In this document: in pieces, positions 24,068 through 34,590 of the stretch
How the letters are laid out: each line of letters opens with the position of its first letter
How positions within the stretch are numbered: position 1 is the first letter of the stretch
Assembly (NCBI GenBank): GCA_026023565.1
Contig: JAPETS010000038.1
Coordinates: forward strand, 124,001-188,000
Source: Cirrosporium novae-zelandiae
Taxonomy: Eukaryota
Direction: 5' to 3'
Length of the DNA stretch: 64,000 nucleotides
Made by a program: the position numbers and the translations under genes
Notes under the pieces: model-generated
Told to the model about the DNA's origin: nothing
The model's database searches: none
Seen by the model: the letters and a program-made list of their open reading frames with translations, nothing else

Positions 24068-24607
24068 ATGGCACCAAACACAAAATCACAAGACTTCAAA
24101 ACCCTCTACAACCTCCTCCCACACTCCGACTACGAAGAAGACCAACCCCTCCACCACTTCATACTAACCCAACACGTCCTGCACCGAGGATTTCAAGCCG
24201 GCGCCCTAATCGGCCTCCCCATCGGTCTCTACCGCCTCTACAAACCCACATCCGCACAGTCCCTCCTCCCGAAACCAACGATCCTCTGCCGCGTCGCCGG
24301 CCAAAGCGCCCTCATCGGCACGGGACTCCTCACCCTCGGCCTCGTGGGCCGCATGTTCGGGAGGGAGGACTACGAGTGGCGTGAAAGGAGTTGGAGGTTG
24401 TTGGAGAATAAGGGACAGATGCGCATGGATGATTATGCGGTTGGGGGTATGGCTGTGGGTGGGGTGGGGGCATTGCTGGGGAAGAATGCTCTGAAGGGGT
24501 TAGGATGGAAGGGTGCGGTGGGGGCTTTGGCATTAGGGGATTTGGGGGGGACGTTTTTGGGGTTTGCGATTGAGGGTGGGAATGAACATGGAATGGGGAA
24601 GTATTGA
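24068..24607 (+). CDS. Small Gly-rich membrane protein of unknown function (possibly DUF1757-like)
   Basis: 179-aa intronless ORF with 3-4 hydrophobic segments; HVLHRGFQ and GRMFGREDYEWRERSWRLLENKGQMRMD resemble a conserved fungal hypothetical family (family name from memory). Confidence 0.75.
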   Translation: MAPNTKSQDFKTLYNLLPHSDYEEDQPLHHFILTQHVLHRGFQAGALIGLPIGLYRLYKPTSAQSLLPKPTILCRVAGQSALIGTGLLTLGLVGRMFGREDYEWRERSWRLLENKGQMRMDDYAVGGMAVGGVGALLGKNALKGLGWKGAVGALALGDLGGTFLGFAIEGGNEHGMGKY

Positions 24608-25625
24608 ATGTGGGTGGGGGGGATGCATTGGCAGATGGATGGGAAATGCTAGTGAGTACAGTATATGGCGATATGGGTTAGAGGGAGGGAGGTCTACGGG
24701 TGAGAGCTTTTTTGCAGGCACGGTATTTTATTTGCTTGCTTGCTTTCCCCCTAAGCTCCATATACCACCACCACTCACAGCTCCGATCGAAAGGGATTCA
24801 TTAAAATTGAACGATATGAAATATTACCCACTTGAACAAAGAAAAAAAACAGAATAAAAACAGAATCAAAAAAGAATAAAAATATCAATAAGCAATAACG
24901 AGTTCAAAATTTCGAAAAGATATTTTTTTTTTTCCCCCGCGATGGTTAGAGTGCTTGTGCTTTTTTCTTTCCCTCCACGGCATAGGTACGGTTTGTGGGT
25001 TTTTGGGTTAGGTAGACAGGTCAAGGTTAAGTGTAAAGTGTAAATCAACTTCCTGATTTGTGTCGGATGCCATAATTACCAGGTTGGGTTCGATTTCTAA
25101 GAGCGCTAGTGATTGGTCATACTGGTATCAATGTTCTTCTATTTGTGAGTAAGATATGCGATTCGATTTGATTTGATGTAATTAATTGGTTAGGTTAGAT
25201 ACAACTATCAAACAGATCAGTAAGGGAGGTTCGCATACCAGACACAAGAGATATAAGGAGATGATGATAACTTGGGAAATATCTTTCAAGTGAGATGTAA
25301 ACGTCAAAACATTGGTTGGCCTAGATGACTCCAAGCTGCGATTTCCCCAGCGTTTAGGAATAGGTTAGGTAGAATCGACGGGACCAAACCCCCTCAGGTC
25401 CGATCGATCTATAAAAACCAGAAGGGTTGATCCTGGTCGATCACATGACGAAAGCAACAGGATGATCAGCCAGTTGATACTTCAAACTTATATATCTAGA
25501 TAAGCCAAGGATCTTGACAGATATAAGGGCAGCAGCGCCTAATTCAGGTGGTGTGGTAAGGATAACGATTTAACTGGTGTTCTATTCTTCCATCCAGGAA
25601 ACGATGGTGGTGGGGAGAACTCTAG

Positions 25626-25713
25626 GTGGTGGTTGGCATGGATCAAACTGCGAGAGTATTACGTACCTATTACTCGAGTAGCTACCCGTAGCTTGATCCA
25701 TGCCAACCACCAC
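25626..25713. repeat. 88-nt inverted repeat/hairpin with perfect 21-bp arms
   Basis: GTGGTGGTTGGCATGGATCAA (25626-25646) / TTGATCCATGCCAACCACCAC (25693-25713); the stem extends imperfectly inward. Confidence 0.92.
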
Positions 25714-26932
25714 TATTTGGGCAGCATCACCCGCATAATATTATTCTACAGTTGCCATGTCGCATCTCGCTCCCACACCACCTTGTGGTCTAGACTATGT
25801 GGGTAAAAGTGAGGCTTAGGGGTAGAGGTAAGGGTTTAGTGTAATGCGTCTTACTGTAGTACCTGCTTTTATATTCCATAGATTTATACTAGCATGATTG
25901 CGGGGTTGAAAGTATAAATTAACTTATTGATTTGTGAACAAGATAAACTAATTCAATTCGAGTTTAATCAATTAGGTAGTTCTAGTTACTTGTAGATTTA
26001 TCGATTGATTGGTTAACTAATTGATACTCCCGTGTGTGCGCTTTTACTCAGTAGAAGTATAAGGTGGGGGGATAAGCATAGGTGTGAAGGTTATCGGCTT
26101 ATCGGGAAAACAAGGGACAAGGAAGATAGATCATATAGGAGCTGAAAAAAGAAAGGCAATCGTTTTGTAGTTCGCCAGTATGCAGCTAAGAAGGCGCGTG
26201 CGTAAACAAACCGTTCTCAAGACCAGCATTAAGAATCATCAATATTAGAGTACGAATGAAGTTATTATGTGTTTAGCAAGGCCCTGGTTCTTGCACTCCG
26301 TGCCACCTTTCAAATGAGGGGAAAAAAAATTACTGTCGCAGCCAGTCACTCTGTCACTGGAGACCCCTCAGCGCCCCTTTGCGGATATGCCTTAACTACT
26401 CAGTCAAGGTAGTAAAAAATTGTTCCCACAGGGTAAACCCAGGACCTATCCACCTCCAAGTTCCGATTAAATTCTTGTAATCATGTATAATACCATAAAC
26501 AGTATAGTATATGATTACGCGGGTGAAAGAAAAAGCCGTATCTACAAATTTGGCTATCTGGATATTTATGATTATATACATTAGTTGAATAATGATTTAT
26601 CAATCTGCCATGATCAATACTAATTATTTATTATTGCGTTTGGGGTTGAACCCCACATTGTCTTAACTACAACTACTCTGTGGGGGAAATAGCAAAGAAA
26701 CAAGTTGCGAGTGCGGACTTTTCTTTCGCTCGTGTGCTATAGTTATTACACAGTATAAACACTATGATATCATGTCATGTAACCATGTACGTCATACATA
26801 GTAACTCATCTCATCTATAGAGTATACTCGAGTAGATGGCTAGGCTTTTACCTTGGGATTGAACGGAATTGAGTAGACTGGAACTGAATAATTAGAACTG
26901 AATAAGCTAATAAGGAAGACTAGGTACATGTG

Positions 26933-27104
26933 CAGTGAAGGGAATAGACCAGACCAGACCGGTCTGACATGGTTAAAATAACCTCATGTTGGGATGACAT
27001 GGATCAGCAGTAAGGACGTTCACGACTGTTGCTGTAGTAATAATCAAGTTACCGCAACAATAATCACCTTCAGACCGGTCTGGTCTGGTCTATTCCCTTC
27101 ACTG
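26933..27104. mobile_element. MITE (non-autonomous DNA transposon), 172 bp with perfect 35-bp TIRs starting CAGTG
   Basis: CAGTGAAGGGAATAGACCAGACCAGACCGGTCTGA at 26933-26967 and its exact reverse complement at 27070-27104; flanks TACATGTG| and |TACATGTA; no ORF inside. Confidence 0.8.
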
Positions 27105-30100
27105 TACATGTAGCATAATGGTAAGTTAGTAGCATGCGATGATAGATTTAGGAGGCACGCTGCACGCTGCACGCTGCACGCGGATCCTAAGATACCTAGG
27201 TAATCAAACTTGTTTTACTACTATTTGCCTATCGAATAGTGTCCTAATGCAAAGATAGAAGGATAAAAGTGTAGTTGAGTCATGCAACAAAATAGAGGTT
27301 TCAAGGGTTTGAGGCAGTATAATTGGTCCTTGGTGAGACCACGATAACCCTGAATTATCCTGGTGCTTCTATGAATATAACATCAATGCAATAATAATAA
27401 TAGAATAGTCAATCATTAGTAGACTACTATAGTGTTACTGCAATTATATTAAAATGGTGAAAAAAAAAAAAAAAAAAAAAAGAAAGAACAAACTTGTGGG
27501 TCCCGCTTCTTTTGGGGCTGTATCACCAAAAAGCCGAAGGACCAAAGCTGGAGTAATTACCAAAACTGGAGGACCAAAGCTAAAAACTACTTGTGTCAAG
27601 GTGCATATTGGTGACGGTCAACGGCCCTCAACGGCCCCTATTTCAATAAGACAGTCTTCCGAACTCATATGACCACGAGGCGCGGGTCGGAAGTAACACA
27701 TAGTCAGTTAACGAGGTCTTGCGCTGGTAGTCTGGCAGTTTAGAGGTTCGGTATCTGGTGTTTTGCCGTCGACCACTTGCAATCTGAGAAAATGCATGGA
27801 ACCTTTCAAGCAGTAGAATGGAATCAAATCAATTCCAGATCAGAGCCAGTTCGGCTGTCGTTCTAGTAGTTAATCTTACCCAGTAGAATAGCGGTGGCTA
27901 ACTTTAAGGGGAATTTTAGGGAGGTTGCCTCGAGTCTTCATGGGCGAACTAATAAAGGCAGCAAAAAGAAGGCAACAACACCATGAAGCATCCGCCAAAA
28001 GATGCCTCGTAATTACACGTACTAATTCATGTATTCATTACAATCATCTCTGCCTGGGATGACCGGAATGTTCCATACACGGGGGATGCCCTTGTTGAAA
28101 ATTCTGGGATATAAGTTTGATTGCTCGTTTGAACTTTTGTCGCCAGTTATGTTACTTCCTGTGGTGTCTAAAAAGATGATTATTAGAGTTATTACTTCAT
28201 CCGACATGCCCATTCCATACACTGTCCATCCAATGATTCGTTCACCTCCATATCACATTGCATTTCTCTTCCTTTCTTTCAAGATGGACCCACAATACTA
28301 GAATGTGGTCTGGATCCAGCTTTGAAGTCTCTTCTCGCCTTGAAAAAAAAAGCCACATGTGTGGTAGTGGTGAGCTTAGCGGCCTTTCATGGGCTTGCAG
28401 CAGTATGTGACGAATCGAAGAACATCCCCGCATGTCCTAGAAATAGTTGCGGCATGTTGCTTCCAGTGTATACAACCAGACCCTGTCGGTCCTCGAGTGC
28501 GCCAGACCTTCCAGTCCCCAAAATATTTAAAGCCATAGCTACCCTTATTACTCTTCAACAGATTAAACCTCTCTTCCCCCAAAGACCAACAACCAAGAAA
28601 ACACCAGTTGAAAACATCTTAGAGCAATGAGTTCCATCATGTATATTAGTGTATCAAATTTCCCCTAGAACAAGAGGCTAATAAGATCTTTCCTAGGCCT
28701 GAACATGGTTCGGCTGACGGCACCATACATAGTCAAAACGGGGAACGCGGCCCGCCTATGCAGTTGCAAAAGTACGTCGCGGATATCGATAACTTTGAGA
28801 GGTTCATTGCCGGTCAGGGCCTTTCCACGAGCAAAGGAAGATAGAGAGGCGTCGATGAAAGAGCATCTCGACAGTCTATGCCATGTACTCGGTGGAAACC
28901 AGACACAGACAAACGGAAATGGTAAAGGAAGCAAGTTTTAGCTGGCCGTAAGTTGTCTTTGTTTGTTCTGTTTTCTTTCGGAATATCGTATATTGAACAC
29001 TGACTATCGACTTTTAAGGGGATTCACGCCACATTTTTCAATATACTGCCTTGAAATACCCTTCAAGTGGGTTGATGGAAGGCGCTAAAAGGTTGTCGTC
29101 GGATTCGCAGGATGTTGGCGTTCACGAGTCAAGGCAATCAGAAGATACCCGGATGGAAATACTTGGATGGGACTGATTTGAAATGGAATATATTGTTTGA
29201 AGGATTTTGTTCGCAAAATCTTCCTGCGGCTGCTAGCCATAGGCAAGCAGTGAATATGAAGGTCTTTTGTCTTTGTTATTGCTATGTCAAACGTACTCCC
29301 TTATCTCTCAACGATGCCCACTGTTAACGGGGTTCGATTCGTGTGCAGGTAGCGCGTGCCCTTGAGATAATTTCAGATTTAATTGAAGTTTCGTACGTTG
29401 GCAAATTTTCTTAGGGCCAACTAAGGCTTTTGCTCTTTTCCTTTCCTATTTTTGTTTTTGTTGTTGATTTATTTTTACTTCTATGGCCTCTTCGAACCAA
29501 ACTCCTATTAAACAAGTCATCTTGTCCAAGTTGCCATCCAGACACGGGATAAATCGCTCCACCAGGCCAACACTCCCCATGTTGTTTCTCAATGTGCATA
29601 TTTGTTATCCGCGCAATAGTTTGCATGATTCGTTAACGTCCTCGTCAAAGGTGAACGACCGAGTGATCATGAACGATACGGGTTGTCGAGGCTCACACCT
29701 TCTGTACCAAGCACACCCCCTCATTATCGAAGGAGCGTTACATAGCTTGCATACGGAAAGTAGATTCTAGTCACGTCACTGGAGATGAGGATCCATCGCG
29801 TCGGTCCGTATGCGATATGCATTCATCTATGTTCATGGTGGGGCAGCCTTAAGGATATCAAAGATCGAAGAAGTATGACCCATTCCATTGATTGCCATTG
29901 ATATAAACCATCTAACTCACATTGTTGAATGACAGAAAGTAATGACTGAGAATCAAAGCAGAGGAGACAGAAATCAGTTGTCGTTGTGTTAACCTTCCAA
30001 GTTTGCCTTCAAGTGATCAATAAGGCTGAACTCTAGGATGGCTCGGAACGCACGTGGCACAGGCTGCTGCTGGCCAGCCGGAAGTGTGTTCCCTTGGATC

Positions 30101-30511
30101 ATTAAGCAGCCGATGATGAAGACTTCCATCTATCTACCCTACCTTTAGTAGTTTTGAGTATAAAGCTAAACCCCGCTCCTTTTCTATCGTCCCCTCTAAT
30201 TCGCTAAATGTTTGTGGAATATAGAAACTTTTTTTTATTGTCACCTGGCTTCTAAGTAGTTTTAATAACCTACTCTCAGAAGACTGAAGGTCGTGAGCCC
30301 CGGGGTATTCGAACGCTGTCTAACATGGCTATAATGGCCGAAAAAAAAGAACCCCATGATACCCTAGTATAGTAACCAACCATTGTGACCATATTTTTTA
30401 TACCGTCATGAAGTCCCCTTCATGCTATACATCTCAGGGGACAGCATCAATATCATTATCAGTCATAGTGTTAATCGTAGCATCAGACAATCCCTTGTTG
30501 ACCTGGTTTGC

Positions 30512-33500
30512 CTAGCTGTTTGCAATTGTCATCAAGGTCTGATTTCCCTGTAACAGACTCGGCTCCATTTGATACAGGTATTTCACCAACTCGACTAGCT
30601 GTTGACGAGTTCCATCGCCCAATTGCGTCTCAACGTTCTCCAGGACATATGTGAATATTGGTAGTAACTGAGGTGTGAGACCACGGATCGTTGGATCTTC
30701 CCATTGGTCTATAGGAGCAATTAGCAACATAATAAATAACAGAAATCATTGTGATTGGCAGAACTTACACATCTGAGTGATCATTTTGTAGATAGGCTCA
30801 TTCTCCTCGAAATCTTCCTTCAAGGGTAGTAATGCAACTAATGCAGGGAGGACCTCTCCGATGGGCATTTTCTCTCGGTGCTTCAAAATCATTCGACTGA
30901 CGCAACCAGCGGCGTTGTCCATCAGCCTTGCTGTCTTGGTCTGAAGAAGTGGTTCAAGCTTGCTTAAGATCGTGCTGTACGCATTTAAGATCTCATCGTG
31001 GCTATTGGAGCTCTCGCAGAGACGACCAATAGCATAGGCTGCATTGCTTTTAGTCTCTGGATCCTCATCGCTAAGTCTGTGCAAGAGCAATTTGAGCAAG
31101 CTAGCCGTATACTGCGTAACTGCTCCGCTCATGCCTTTAATGCATTCAGCGATGACGCCAACTGCGGTGCTTCTTTCCGTTGACTCGCTGCTGCTTGCAT
31201 ACTTCATGATTGTTTTCTCAAAGAGCTTCCAGACTTCTCCGAATTGTTCTCCCAAAGCAATGGAAAGCCCAATTACTACATCTAAAGCAGTGTCCACGAC
31301 AAGCCAATCGTATTCAGCAAGCTCGTCGTCTTCAACAAGATCCTCGTCCTCTCCAGCATCTTGTTGACAAGGATGCCTCTTTGTGAGAAGATTTGTCACG
31401 ATCTCAATGATATTTGTAAAATAGTTCTCTTCGGAGATTAGGGCAGGGCCGCAGACCTTCAAATTGGCTGCTATGTTGCGATTGATTTCAGTTACCACGG
31501 ATCTAGTATGACCGGTTAGTGATAAGTAGAAAGAGTAAATTGAATGCAACTATTTTAGGGGAAAAAGAAGGGATCAGAGCAGAAGAATCGTTTTCGCATC
31601 AATCGCAACGTGTGCGTCTGAGTGAGCTGGGTATAACGAGGATATGTCATCATTTCAAGAGAGTGAGGAGAGAATAAAATAGCAAAAAATAAGCTTACCG
31701 TTCTTCTTCGCCCATCCACAAAGCTAGTGTGGAGGTCATTAGCAACTCGCAGAACTTTTTCAGTTCGCTAGTTGGTTCAATTTTCAGTGGCAATCCAGGC
31801 ACCCATTTCTGAGGCTGAGTCTCCTCCCAAACCTGGTATAACACTGCATAGGCTCGATGAAGTGTGGTGATAGCAGCTTTACGGATACCTTCATAATCAT
31901 GTTCCATCAGCGGCAAAACCATCTCGACAGTCTTCTCAAAGTATGGCAGAAAAGCATTTTTCGTGTGTGTCATGACATCCCCGATAACCTCTACGGCAAT
32001 TTCCTTCTCCATAGCCACTGCGGTTACGGCAGAAAATTCATCAAAGTCTTCGAAATCTTCGAAATCATCGTCATCATCATCTCCTAGACCCCCAGCAGCA
32101 TCGCTAAGCTTTTGTAGAGCAGCTTCAGCGTTATCATCGTCAGCGGCAGCAACCCTAACCTTCTTCCCTCCTATCGTGACCTCCTTTCCTACCAAATCAG
32201 CTGCCCCTTGACCAAGCTCCACCTCAATGGCTCTTTCCTCCTGTTCCAAACTCTTTAGCAAGCCGTTCATGACACCTTCTAGGAAAGGGGTAAATTCTCC
32301 TTCATATATCTTGGCAAGGCTGCTCCAAAGAACATAACTAGTCTCCTTGAGTCGAGAATTTTCTAGACTCAGGGCTTCTTCGCTAGCGTTCATCAAACCA
32401 GGGACATATTTCTGGAACTCTTTTGCACCAACAGCACCGGCCATCTTTGCCATTGCATCGCATACCTCTGCGCGGAGATTGAATTCGTCCTCATCGCCCT
32501 TTAAAGTAACATAAGGTGAGAGGGCCTGCATGGTAGCTTCAAAGTATGGAACAAAGGCCTCCTCAACAGAAGAAGCCAGCGAACCCATTGCTGCTGCCGC
32601 ACTAGCCTTCACTTTGAGATCAGGATGACCAAACAATTGGCTAAATCTTTGTGCAAGTTGAGGAAGATATCTCTTAGCATCATCTTCCTCTAAGCCATAG
32701 AGTACAGCATCAAGCGCACTGCAGCTGGCTTTGATTATATCGGAGCTATGCTTCCTGTCACTCGCGACTGTACGCATAGCAGCATCGAGATTTTTAACCA
32801 AAGCGGGAACAAGTTTCTGGTGTTCTTTGGCCAAGTCTTCAGCCAAGTCGTCTGCAAGTCGTGCGATGCAGTATAGAGCTGCTTGACGAACTTTGGCTTC
32901 TTCGTCATCTAAGAGCCTAAAGCAAAGTGGCATAATTTCTTTCAATTGGGTCGTAATAAAGTCCGGTGCTCCCTCAATACAGAAACTCAGAGCAAGAATA
33001 CCTGCTCTACGGTGATCAGGGTTGGTGCTATTGACATACTGACCGAGCCCAGTCAACAAAGGAACAAGAACTTGACTAGGTGGGAGGCAAGAAGCCATGA
33101 GGTCGAGCATAGATAGGGCCGACCGAGCTGGCGTGATCTCATCATCATCGACATCGAATTCTTCGAGCTCGGTAGCAATGGCCAAAGCCATGTTTGTTAG
33201 ATCAGGACCAATTTTCATGCCCTGTATCTTGAGCCTCCGGAACTTGACACACTGGATAAGGAAGCTGATAGCCTGTGTCCTTGAGTCGTCGACAATATCT
33301 TTCTTCGATGCAATGTCAACCATGAACTGCACAAGATCCTTAAGGTAATTCGACAGAAGCTGAGAGTCACATCCAAGAAGGGCTTGGAACACTTCAAAGG
33401 CTTGCAGAGTTCTCTCTTCGTCTCCAGCATAGATTGATTCCTCGAGGACTCGTACCATGTTGGGGATGATACTCCTGAAAGCCAATAATGCAGCTTCATC

Positions 33501-34149
33501 ATCATCGGCGTCAATATGGATCGCTACATTTGCTAGAGCAAGCATTGTGTTGATTCTAACTTCTGCGCTTTCAGGATCTTGAATGGTCTTGGAGAACAAT
33601 TGGATGAGCTCAGCAGAACCGCGCATGAAGTCGGCCCCCATGGTTTCTAACAAGGTGTAGAGTATGTAGACACCAACTTCTCTTTCCTGAACCTTTGGAC
33701 TTATTGCAGCATCGCGAAGATGTCCGGGTAGCTCTCCCCATTCTCCTGAATCGAAGTCGATTTTGGCGATCGCAGAGACCACGCGGGCATCAGCATGTCG
33801 AACGACAGGTTTTTGCTCTTGGACAGTAGCTTCCAACAATCTAGTTCGAATTTCAGGTTTCTGTTCGGCGGGTATGGATTTCCAGTGCTTAGAAACCAAA
33901 GACCGAGCCTCAACAGCTGCCAATTGCCGAAGTTCGGAAGGCTGCTGTGACGTTACCAGCTGAATTAATAGTACAAGGGAGGCGGGTTGTGTGTAATACT
34001 CCTTCTGCAGTGCAGAGGTAGCATCTTTGAGGCCCTGGGAATTTGCTGCAAGGTGTCAGCCTCAATACACGGCCACTGGTTGGGAATAAAATTTTCAACT
34101 CACGGGAGAGTACGCTCTGCAAGAGCTGCACGAATCTGTCTTGATCCAT
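30512..34149 (-). CDS. KAP123: Importin beta-4 (karyopherin, HEAT repeats)
   Basis: Exons 34149-34104, 34045-31699, 31502-30769, 30708-30512; LRQLAAVEAR, acidic DDDEITPARSAL, MEKEIAVE, DNAAGCVSRM, LPLKEDFEEN. Confidence 0.93.
31572..31657 (-). ncRNA. Intronic box C/D snoRNA, snR71-like (predicted target: LSU rRNA A equivalent to yeast Am2946)
   Basis: In KAP123 intron 31698-31503, same strand: box C ATGATGA (31653-31647), guide ACCCAGCTCAC (31632-31622) complementary to conserved LSU GUGAGCUGGGU, D' CAGA (31620-31617), C'-like TTGATGC, box D CTGA (31577-31574); the D'+5 rule lands on the A of GUGAGC. Confidence 0.85.
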
Positions 34150-34245
34150 GATGATATACTGGAGCTTTGAGAAATAGAGTTCTCAAAAGCTTTGGAATGT
34201 AGCTCACTTCACAAGACCATCACCGCGGTGTTGAGATCCTGGAAG

Positions 34246-34331
34246 GAAAAAGTTTCGCAAGAGGGTGAAGAAATGAACGTGGGGTTTTTGAGGGGCACGT
34301 CCCAGGAGAAGAAATTGGGCGCGAAATTTTT
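34246..34331. promoter_or_regulatory. Two RRPE-like motifs upstream of KAP123
   Basis: GAAAAAGTTTCGC (34246) and GCGAAATTTTT (34321) in inverted orientation; consistent with a ribosome-biogenesis gene. Confidence 0.35.
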
Positions 34332-34590
34332 AGTCGATAAGCGGGAAATCGGTTAAACTTTGATCCGGGCTACTAGGGTAAAAACACGTCGACTCGAACA
34401 AGATGTCACCACCATCAAGAAATGTTATTCGAGGCTAGAGTTTAAACATATCATAAATAATCATTCTAAGTTGTCTTATTTCTAAAGTATATGATTACAT
34501 GCATGATTGAGGAGTGTCTCACTCGCGTTAGGTTTAACAAGGTCACTGGCCCCTCCTAATCTTTCCTCCTCATACAAACCTGGCGGTCTT

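Noticed and set aside
29326..29345. GGTTCGATTC B-box-like motif (similar one near 25086) suggesting tRNA
   Set aside because: No cloverleaf or acceptor stem could be built
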